From positions 13,600,101 through 13,664,100 of the forward strand of contig NC_092677.1 in assembly GCF_964355755.1 (NCBI RefSeq): 64,000 bases of DNA, written 5' to 3'. Below the pieces are notes generated by a model. That model saw only the letters and a list, made by a program, of their open reading frames with translations. It had not been told where the DNA came from and made no database searches. The position numbers and the translations under genes were made by a program. Positions 12,901-23,600 of this stretch are shown one piece after another. The DNA is from Antedon mediterranea. Taxonomy: Eukaryota; Animalia; Echinodermata. The number at the start of each line of letters is the position of its first letter. Position 1 is the stretch's first letter.

Positions 12901-15900
12901 TAAAGAATAGAAGGGTTAATTGTACAATTGTATTATATCATTATTGGTTAATTTCATTCATATTTGAGAGAGTAAAAATTGCGCTAATTTACCGACCAAC
13001 GCCCATCAAATTCAGTGCATTACAGGGTTTCTGTTTAATAACGTACACAAAATGTTGCTGTGTTGTGTCAGTTCACTGTAGGATTTTCATTTACACTATC
13101 ATTACCTATTGCTTTTTTTTTTTTTTTTTTTAACCATATTTAATGAGGGTGATCCATCCAGCTATTGCTGATCATTAGGGACCCTCAGAGGTTCACAAGA
13201 CAAACATATACACAAGATGCTCTAAACAAAGTCTTATTACAAGTCTTTGGGAGTGGAGAATTTGGTCCTTAGAAAAAATCCTGGACTTGAACCCAGGACC
13301 CTTGGAGTGGTAGCCAAGCATCATAACCACCAAGCCACAGCTCATCCATATCATCATGTGAGCGACCAAGTTGATTATAACAAGGTGGTTGAACTTGTTG
13401 TACGCAGGCCTATACATTATCTACTGTATACACTGCTGAAAAATTTAATTGTTGGATACAAAATTCATGGAAAAGAACCACCCAATATAAATAATTTGCA
13501 CACTGATTATTTTTTCCAATTTCTCTAGCCATCCCATGGCCATAAAAAATGTTTTGCAGCCCAGTTTTCAGAATGTTGATTTTTCCGACAAAGTTTGCTT
13601 TTAAATACCTGTGTATTTCCTCCACTAACATACAGTACTGTTGGATTTTGAGCATTTGTTATGAGGCGTCCCATCTCGATGTCTAACAAGTTTATTAAAG
13701 AATACACTGTATAGGGCTGCTTTACAAATATAGTTCATATATATTATTGCCAAGGAATCATTACTTAGTAATTATCTGTATATTATTCTTCGCAAGGTAA
13801 GGTGAACGCAAAGCCTTACTAGGCAGGCTTATTTACATAAAGAAGGCCTAGCAACCTGATTCTACTGGCAGTGGTTGTTGGCTATATAATATAACAGATA
13901 TCAACTTTTATATCGGTAATACCCCATGAAATGATATTCTGCTCTCGAGAAGATATATTTCCCTCAGCTTCATATATAAAATCTTTAACCAATTCTTATA
14001 ACATATCTATATGTACACCTAAAAGGCCTTCTGAACTAATAGGGGAAAATGAAAATATATAAAAGGATACGTCCAATACAGTGATTAACACCAATTATTG
14101 GTTTATTCCATAGTTGGGCCACAGTTCTTGCAACCAGAGCTACCGACACCAATGGCGCTCCCATACCTGGACCTGTATAAAAAAAAAAAACGAAAAATTA
14201 AATCCTCTTTCAAACAGACAGTGCAATTGAGCACAGAGTAGAGCCTGCCATTATAGACTAAACACACTACATGTTGGTATTTCAACCGCCACTCAGCCTT
14301 ACATTGCACAAAATTCTCAACATCTTTACAAAGATAGTGGAGCTGTAACTTGGTGGTTAATATGCTTGCCTTCTCCAACTCTTTCAACTTCACTCCCTAA
14401 GCCTCAAATGAGACTTGGGTTATAAGAACAATCAATTAGAAAATAGATTATCCATCCTGCAATTGGCGAGTTGGTTTTTAAATTTTAAACAAATACCTTT
14501 TGTGTATGCTATACAGTCAATCTCTCGAGGCGAAATGTTTGCTTCATCTAACGCCCTATAAAAATAAAAATTGAAACTAATGTAACACTCTGACCATCTA
14601 GTCAACAACACATTCTGTTACTCTAGCTATTCAAATTGCTAGTGGTTTCTTCCTGTCGTTAAATACTCTTTATTCCTTTTCCTATAACCCATATCCTTAA
14701 TCAATCACTATTTCCTTATCAAAGAGGTTTCCTTATTTAAATATTTCCTTCAAAGTAAATGCATATTAATACAATTTTTCCATAACATACATTAAATATG
14801 TTTGTACTGGCAAGGAGAAGATGGACATTTAATTTAAGACTTTAATTATACTGTAGTCCCATACTTGATTCTAAAGATTAGTTTACTGTATGTATGAACA
14901 CATAGGTTGTTAAACATAGTATTGTTAAATACATAAACATAACAGATCTGAATACATAGAATATAAATATTAGAAAGATGCAATACTTTTGTAAAACTTC
15001 TAGTACATGAGCTTGATGATGTCTGGCAGTATCCCTTGGTTGAAAACCTACAGTAAGAAGATGAAACAGATTTTAGTAAAACTGTCGAGAATTTATATTA
15101 CAGTGGAGCCTCTATTAATGGGACACCTTTAGGACCCAAACAAAGTGTCACCTTGGTAGGTATCACAAAGGAATTGTTCTTCTGTATTTTCCAATTGTGA
15201 TGGGTGGGAGGGGACTGGTATCATAGGATATTATACTTTGTATCACATGGTGCAGTTATACCACAGGGTGGGATTAAGCCACAGGGTGGGATTAAGCCAC
15301 AGGGTGGGATTAAATCTGTATCAATGATGCATTCTCAGATGAAGCTTGCCTGGAATATGGTGTACCACAGGGGTCAGTAATTGGGCCTGGCCAGTTTTCC
15401 ATTTATACGCTTCCCCTTGGTGACATTATTCGCAAACACAGTCTACATTTCCATTTCTATGCAGATGATACACAGATTTATGTGTCAGTAAATCCAGTGC
15501 AAAGGGATGTTGCTGCAGCAATCAGTAAGATGGAAGCCTGTATAGAAGATGTTCGCAATTGGATGACAACAAATTACCTAAAGTTGAATGATGGAAAGAC
15601 AGAGTTTATTATCGTCGGGTCTAAATGTAACATCTCCAAAATCAACATCACACATATCAGAATCGGAAACTCTAACATCGCTCCCTCATCGGTGGTCCGG
15701 AATCTGGGAATCATGCTGGATAGTAATCTCACTATGGAAGCACAAATAACAACTGTATCCAAAGCAGCATGCATATCGATTAGGAACCTTGGTCGTATTC
15801 GCGGTAATCTTAACAAGAAAACAGCTGAATTGATTGTACACTCATTTGTCACTTCTAAAATTGACATTGGTAATGCCTTGTTGTTTGGCATACCAAAATC

Positions 15901-17883
15901 TCAAATGGATACAACGTTTGCAGCGCTTGCAAAATATGGCAGCTAGAATTGTAACTTATACAAAATCAAACGCTCACATAACTCCTGTCCTGATGGATTT
16001 GCATTGGTTGCCTGTTCAACAACGTATTAAGTACAAACTTGCGTTGTTTGTATTCAAGATCCTAAATGACAGTGCTCCTGCTTATTTATCTGACCTTGTG
16101 GATCTTTACGAATCATCCCGCAGAGGCCTACGATCATTGTCACAAAACCTTCTTCAAGAGCGTAGAGCGAAAAATCAGTGGGGTCAGAGATCTTTTTACG
16201 TTGCGGCCGCAAGTGTATGGAACAGCTTACCAGCAACAGTTAAATGCTCAACTAGTCTAAACAGTTTCAAGACCAACCTAAAGACGTCGCTATTCGCTGA
16301 TGTTCTCGCACGTTGTTAATGCACAAAGCGCCATGAGCGCCACATGGGTGGAGGATACCGGCGTTATATAAGTTTTCATTTATTATTATTAAACCAGAGG
16401 GTGGAATTAAACCAGAGGATGGAGTTAAACCACAGGGTGGGATTAAACTAAAGGGTGGAGTTTTACCACAGGGTGGGATTAAACCAGAGGGTGAAGTTAT
16501 ACCACAGGGTGGGATTAAACCAGAGGGTGGAGTTATACCACAGGGTGGGATTAAACCAGAGGGTGAAGTTATACCACAGGGTGGGATTAAACCACAGGGT
16601 GGAGTTATACCACCGGGTGGGGTTAAACCAGAGGGTGGAGTTATACCACAGGGTGGGATTAAGCCACAGGGTGGGATTAAACCAGAGGGTGGAATTAAAC
16701 CAGAGGATGGAGTTAAACCACAGGGTGGGATTAAACCAAAGGGTGGAGTTTTACCACAGGGTGGGATTAAACCAGAGGGTGGAGTTATACCACAGGTTAA
16801 ACCAGAGGGTGGAGTTATACCACAGGGTGGGATTAAACCAGAGGGTGAAGTTATACCACAGGGTGGGATTAAACCAGAGGGTGGAGTTATACCACAGGGT
16901 GGGATTAAACCAGAGAGTGGAGTTATACCACATGGTGGGATTAAACCAGAGGGTGGAGTTATACCACATGGTGGGATTAAACCAGAGGGTGGAGTTATAC
17001 CACAGGGTGGGATTAAACCAGAGGGTGAAGTTATACCACAGGGTGGGATTAAACCAGAGGGTGGAGTTATACCACAGGGTGGGATTAAACCAGAGAGTGG
17101 AGTTATACCACAGGGTGGGATTAAACCAGAGGGTGAAGTTATACCACAGGGTGGGATTAAACCAGAGGGTGGAGTTATACCACAGGGTGGGATTAAACCA
17201 GAGGGTGAAGTTATACCACAGGGTGGGATTAAACCACAGGGTGGAGTTATACCACAGGGTGGGGTTAAACCAGAGGGTGAAGTTATACCACAGGGCGGGA
17301 TTAAACCACAGGGTGGAGTTAAACCACAGGGTGGAGTTAAACCACAGGGTGGGATTAAACCAGAGGGTGGAGTTATACCAGAGGGTGGGATTAAACCAGA
17401 GGGTGGAGTTATACCACAGGGTGGGATTAAACCAGAGGGTGGAGTTATACCAGAGGGTGGGATTAAACCAGAGGGTGGAGTTATACCAGAGGGTGGGATT
17501 AAACCAGAGGGTGGAGTTATACCAGAGGGTGGGATTAAACCGGAGGGTGGAGTTATACCAGAGGGTGGGATTAAACCAGAGGGTGGAGTTAAACCAGAGG
17601 GTGGAGTTATACCACAGGGTGGGATTAAACCAGAGGGTGGAGTTAAACCAGAGGGTGGGATTAAACCACAGGATAGGATTTCCTTAGGTGACATTTTCAG
17701 TATCATATAACTCTTTCATCTACAATTCATTTAAGTGTAATCATTTTCTGAAATGCACATTGACATACCTTCACCTGGTGGAGTGATATAGGTTACCCTG
17801 GGATTCGACAACACCTCTCCATCACGAATTATCCCGATTCCAAGCTTGTTGGCACTCCCTTCAAACCCAATGACCGTTGGCAT
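9964..17883 (-). CDS. OSGEP: tRNA N6-adenosine threonylcarbamoyltransferase (Kae1/OSGEP, KEOPS subunit), 13 coding exons, 335 aa
   Basis: Exons (-): 17769-17883, 14987-15047, 14497-14555, 14071-14172, 13609-13682, 12802-12897, 12509-12558, 12128-12206, 11557-11622, 10940-11030, 10641-10716, 10334-10432, 9964-10003. All introns GT-AG, phases consistent, total 1008 nt. Motifs: [86 protein letters not shown]. An acceptor at 17894-5 implies an upstream non-coding exon. Confidence 0.97.
11179..11420 (+). mobile_element. tRNA-derived SINE (family A), degenerate copy
   Basis: Matches the 21521 copy: GCGAGTGAGTGGC..GCGGTTAAGACA..CTCACTCGCTC..GTAGAAC.GTCTTCTCGGATAAGGACTATAAACC. Confidence 0.75.
12343..12483. 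mobile_element. MITE with TIR AGCTCTGTCTACACTATCAAAC (PIF/Harbinger-like)
   Basis: Perfect ~22 bp terminal inverted repeats flanked by TTA/TAA. Further copies at 51561-51699 and, degenerate, ~54065-54205. Confidence 0.8.
13113..13345 (-). mobile_element. tRNA-derived SINE-like element with poly(A) tail
   Basis: The minus strand has A-box-like TGGCTTGGTGG, B-box GGTTCAAGTCC and a CTTGG/CCAAG anticodon-like stem. The T-run at 13113-13131 would be the poly(A) tail. Confidence 0.55.
15243..17672. repeat. G-rich 18-bp minisatellite (CCACAGGGTGGGATTAAA / CCAGAGGGTGGAGTTATA) split by the LINE insertion
   Basis: About 4 units at 15243-15314 and about 70 units at 16391-17672, mostly alternating as a 36-bp dimer. 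This explains the spurious 479-aa and 410-aa ORFs. Confidence 0.95.
15315..16390 (+). mobile_element. 5'-truncated L2/CR1-clade LINE (RT C-terminal half) in an OSGEP intron
   Basis: [45 protein letters not shown] and [14 protein letters not shown]. One frameshift lies near 15900 (ORFs 15482-15946 and 15834-16319). The element ends in a (TTA)n tail at ~16380-16390. Confidence 0.92.
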
Positions 17884-19592
17884 GATGATCAGTCTGAAAA
17901 CAGTTAAAAATATTAAATATACATACCTAGTTACTATATCATGACCTATGAACTTAAGTTCGGTTGTTTGCACTCACGGTTAAAATCTGGTCATAAAATG
18001 ACCAATAAACATTCCAACCTCCAAGCTTACAATTTGGGGAGGTTTAACATATTTGACGCATTTTGACTTTAAAAAAATACCTCCTGCAATCAGCATTCAA
18101 TGTTTACCAGATGCCCCCTGCATTCTAGCAATTACTGTTTGTATTAAATACAGAAATAACCTTGTGAAAAAAACAGGTTGAAAAATATTTTTATCTGAAA
18201 GATGAAAAATGATGAAAATTTGGGAGTACTGATGAGAACTCAACTTTATGATGTACATATTAATATTCATCAATGCATAAAACCAGGATTGTGTATAGGG
18301 TAGTAGGCAGTTTAAATATAAAATAATAACTAGTGGTATAGGTCACAGTGCATTTCACCTGCCAGTCATTTCGCCCGTCAGTTATGAAGAACAAAGGGAA
18401 AAATATGTCATGTTCATTTCAGCTGCCAACTATATGGCGCATCAATAACCAAAAATAGGATAGCCTACTACTATCTCAAAGAATTACACAAATATTGTGT
18501 AATCGAGGAAACTATCTTGGCAGATAACCTCATATCATCTCATTTTGTGGTGGGGGTATAGGGAGTAACAAATACTCAATGACTATAGACATCGAACTGC
18601 ACGTGTCGCACGCTGACTGAGCCTGGGGATTTCCCTTTTATAACATGACGTGACATTGTGTAATGGTGACGTTTTTTATTCCTAACTAAAAATACACAAG
18701 TGTGTTTAAAGGAAGTAGTGCGAAGCGTAGTCCTATTATGATGTATCCGTCGGCAAAATGAGATCGGTTTATCGAGTACTGTATCGCATCATACTTTTTT
18801 TAACATAAAGATCAAACCTGTCTGTTTGAGTTTACTAGTGCAAGTACCAGCCGCCGATTCCTATTCGGCTTAAATATTAATAAAAATATAACATTTTGGC
18901 ACACATGGAGTGTCATGCATATTCAACACTATTTATAATTCTGCCGTCCTTGTTATATATAGGCCTATTGTGAAAATAAAGTTGGTGAACTTTATAGTCA
19001 TTGATATCTGTTCCTACTCAGACATTTGAAGACATTTTGAAGAAAAATTGATACGTACTATCGGCCTAGCATTCATTGAGATATAAATGTAGGCATGTTA
19101 TAAAATAAAACAAATAATGAATGTTTTGTATTCATTGAATGGTGAAAACTACTACTCTTTTTTCAACATAAAATATTCTGACCTTCCAACTCTAGCCTAG
19201 CCTACTCATAAATATTCATTATTTGTATAATCTATATACCAAATACACATACTAGCCTAGCCTAGCTAGGCCAATCTAGGGCTGCTACGCTAGCGGCTAG
19301 GCCTCAGCCTAAAATAAACCTAGCCGAGGCCTAGCTAGGCTAGGCCTAGTTATATACTAGGCCTAGGCTAGCTAGCATCCTACTAGGCCTAGGCTAGCTA
19401 GCATCCTACTTGGCCTAGCTAGGCTAGCCTAGCCCTACTAGGCCTAGGCCTGGCTGGCCCTAGCTAGCTAGGCCTAGGCTAGCTAGGCTAGTTCTAGACT
19501 AGGCTAGTACTGTATAGTAACTGCAAGCCTTCTTTTCTAACACGGACTAATAATAGTGTAATGTACGTTGTGTGTATTATTAATTATTTTAC

Positions 19593-19970
19593 CTTACAAA
19601 AGAAAATATTAATACTGTAACACGCGCGACAACATACAACAAAATTAACACGACCTACGACCTAATGACATACATACACAGAGTAGCTGCTGCTGCTTAC
19701 CACCAGTTTATATGCTTGAGTGCTCACGAGGTCGGATATGAACGTTTTCGCGCGATTAATCTAGTAGCGCGAAAAGAACTAAATCGACGTCATCGTTATG
19801 TTAGCTATAATTGGCTAGAATATTTATTTATGAATTTCAGGACATGGGATTGGTCAAAAGTATCATCATTAACATAATTTTAATGACGTTGAATGACGAG
19901 TAGAGCTGAGGAGGGGGTTGCTTATTACTGTTTAAACAGGCAACGACAGAACTTTTTTAGTCAAAGTTTG
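19593..19970. promoter_or_regulatory. Putative bidirectional promoter and non-coding first exons of OSGEP (-) and REC8 (+)
   Basis: A CpG-containing island lies between the divergent genes. Candidate donors are at 19591-2 (minus, AAG|GTAAAA) and 19971-2 (plus, TTG|GTGAGA). Inverted E2F-like sites TTTTCGCGC and GCGCGAAAA at 19745-19775 and ATTGG at ~19849. TAGGCCTA-rich tracts flank it on both sides. Confidence 0.55.
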
Positions 19971-20685
19971 GTGAGACAGTTTTTTTTATTATTATTATAA
20001 AATTGTAGGCATATTATCATCATTCTATACAGTACTTTAATATCCTCTACTCTACCTAATTAATTAAATATTAGGCCCTACAGACTATTAGGCCTAGCCT
20101 AGGCTAGCCTTTTAATTTATTAGGCCTACTAGCCTAGGGCCTACTAGGCCTAGTCCTAGCTAGACTGGCTTAGAGGGCCCCTCTAGCCTACTGTTAGAGC
20201 ATAGAAGTAGCATAGTAGGCTAGGCCTAGCCTATTAGTAGTAGGTTAGGTCTAGGCCCTAGGCTAGGCAGTATTTGCATAATCTTTTATTTTTAGTAAAA
20301 GTTTATTTCATAAATAATGACAGATCAAATCCATCATTGATTGCCATTAAATATTATTCTAAGCTATGCCTAGCCTAGCTAGGCCTATCATAGCCTTAGT
20401 TAGGCTAGGCCTAGCTAGATAGGCTACTGCCAACCTTAGGCTAGCCAAGTATAGGCCTAGACTAGGCCTAAATAAAGATATCAATCCATAAACCTATGTG
20501 GTCTCTAGGCATACCTAGAGGGCCTTATAGTTTATAGTAGTACTAGCCTAGGTATAATACTACTAGGACTAGGCTATATAGTAGTAGCTTACACTAATTT
20601 GATATTTTCTTTATCTATTTCAGAATTGTTGTATTCATACAACTTATACATTTGTAAAAAAGTCATCACCTAAGTTAGCCTAAAC

Positions 20686-23600
20686 ATGTTTTACTCGCAC
20701 AATATCTTGCAAAAAAAAGGAGGAAGATTTGGGAAAATTTGGTAAGAGAGTATGGTGGTAGGAAGAGAGGAGGTATTTTAGTACTAAAGTAGTAGGCCTA
20801 AAACAATATGGGTATGGGTGGAGAATATAATAATAGTACAGTAATAATTATAATACAGGTAATATAATAATGATGTATGTTGTATGCATTAGTCCTATGC
20901 TAAAATATAATCTCATTTTTTTCATTTAGGCTAAATTTTGCCACAAGATTTTGGCAAATAAATTCCATTGTTAATGCAATCCAAGTATACTTTACCCTAG
21001 TTTTCACCAAATTTTATACTCAGGGATCTCTGGCACTATACTTGGTCATATACACTACAATGGATGAGATAAAATACACAATACACACCCTCCTACCCTA
21101 AAGATGTATTTATTTATAGCCGACTTCCAAATTGTCCCTGATCCTGACCCCAATACTCATTTTGCCTACTGTATTTTATTATTGTCATTCCTGATGATGA
21201 TCCACATGTCATTTAATCATGACTGTGTTTTATCCTATTGTAATCCGTGCATTAATTAGTTTTATTGTTAATGTTATTCCTGTCATTTTTGCTTTGCCAT
21301 ATTAGGATTGCTGCGACCAGATCATCAAAGCTCACGAAGCGCGAGTATGTGACGATCAACGTAGCTAATACCTGGTAACTCTTCATTTTAATACTCAATT
21401 CATTTTGTAGTGAAATAAACTAGGTAACAAATATCGGACCCTAATTAGAAATTGATTACTGGCCGGGAAAATAGATGGGCTAAGCTATTGGCTCTTTCTC
21501 CAAGCAGCATTTAACATGTTGAGCGAGTGAGTGGCCGAGCGGTTAAGACAGTGGAACCGTAATTACGTAGCCATAACATCGGCAAGGGTTCGAGGCTCAC
21601 TCGCTCCATGGTTCTGGTGGTAGAACGAGTCTTCTCGGATAAGGACTATAAACCGTAGGTCCAGTGTACACATAGCTCATGCACACTTTAAAGAACCTAG
21701 TACATCTTTCGAGACGAGTAGGGGGTTACCCCGGTGTACTAGTCCACACAAACACAGTCACTGTCACACGCAGCCACTGTGCCTATTAAACTAACTCACT
21801 CGCACCACAACCCACCAAAGTGCTATAGTCTACAAGTTTGAAGTTTGCACTAAATTGGAAGAAGAAGAAGAAGATGTTTATTACTGCATTGTACTCTGAA
21901 AATGAATACAGTAGAAGCCCTATATAAAGAGGACACCTTTGAGACCCAACAAAGTGTCCCCTTAATAGGGGTAGGTGTCCACTTAATTGCAATTGCTGCA
22001 GTATTAAAACATTTTACCTCATAAGTTTCACGGTACGTGTACTCTTAATAAGGGTGTCCTGAATAGGTGTTGTCCCCTTGACAGGAGTTGTCCTGTGAAT
22101 AGGGGTTGTCCCCTGAACAGGGTTCGTCCTGTGAACAGGGGTTTTCCTGTGAATAGGGGTTGTCCCTTGAATAGGGGTATCCCAAAGGAGGGGTGGAAGG
22201 TAAGGAAGATTATGAATATTACAGTTCCTATGACAATATAAAAATATACAATGTATTCTTCTCCTTTTTTTCAGTCAAGATATTATCAATTGCCTCCAGC
22301 TACAAGTTGAACCACGCCTTTCCCTTTACCTGTCATCGCAGCTTATGTTTGGTGTTGTTAGAGTATTTTATAAACAATGCGAATACCTTACCAGTAAGTG
22401 TAGTATACAATTGATAAAATATGAAACAAAATTATTAACCTAGTTATTAAGGATGCTTTTGATTTCAACAAACTAAGGCATAGGAATTATGTAAATTTTG
22501 CATTACGACATTTTTCGTTCAGTTGATTTCCCTTTTCCACGATGACAATACACCCAAATAAAGGTCTGTGAAGTAGAACTCAGGTCGTCACCTGGACATA
22601 TCAAACAAATTGGTACAGATAACTGGAAAAAATTGCCAAATCAAACTCGCGGTATGCAAATGGTACCTCCATATGACGTTATGTCTCATGGAAATCTAAA
22701 GCTCTCTATTTTGAGTTAGTTAGATTCGGTGATGCACTGAATGTGTAGAGCATTGTATACCTCTCCCTGGATCCCACCGGAATCATGACTCTCATCTTTA
22801 GTAACACCGGGTTGAAGATGAGCTTAACTTTCTATTAAAATGTAGTCATTATGACGAAATACATTCCAAAGTATATAATAATCTAAAGAGTGTCATAACA
22901 CTAACTACTGATAACAATATAAACTTTTTAAACATAATCGGCTCCACTGAATACGAAGTCATGTTGCCGGCAACCAGATTCGTACAGGACGCGTTTATTC
23001 TACGAATGGAGTTTGGACTATAATTAAAAGTATAATCATAATTGTTTGCCTTTTTTTAGATGAGTTGATATATGTGAACAACCGGATAGGTTCAAGAATA
23101 AATATCGCCGACAGCATAGATATAGGCATCTCAAGGTTAGAAATCATTTTTAATTTATGCAAGGACATGTGGGGCAGTGTGTTAGATGTTGGCTCGCATT
23201 GCTTCTATCCTTAGTCAAGACACTTTATTTAGGTGTACAAATATGTATCTGGTATTAGGTCAAGACACAATGTTGTGCTGATTACTAGCTGCATACGTGT
23301 TTGCTCCAAAAATGACCAGGATAATAATACATACAGCACTTAGTGGTTTTACAACATTAGGTACTTTATAAATCCAGGATTTATTATTATTATAGATTAC
23401 AAATTTGATTTATAAAGTATGCCTCAACAGAGGGTGCATGAGAAGAAAACATACAGACGGCGACAATATGCTATGTACTGTACTGTTTGAAGCAAACCAC
23501 CTCCTACCCAGTCTGTAAATTTCTTCCTTTCCTTTATTATGAATAAACAGGGAAAGGCACACAATTCCTGAAGGTAGCAGGGATCAAACATTCGGAAATT

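Noticed and set aside
16267-17706. 479-aa [12 protein letters not shown] repeat ORF (-) and 410-aa ORF (+)
   Set aside because: Translations of an intronic 18-bp minisatellite. The unit length is a multiple of 3 with stop-free frames, and the OSGEP model is complete without it.
21521-21610. tRNA gene
   Set aside because: It continues into a SINE body that is repeated several times in the window, and the cloverleaf is non-canonical.
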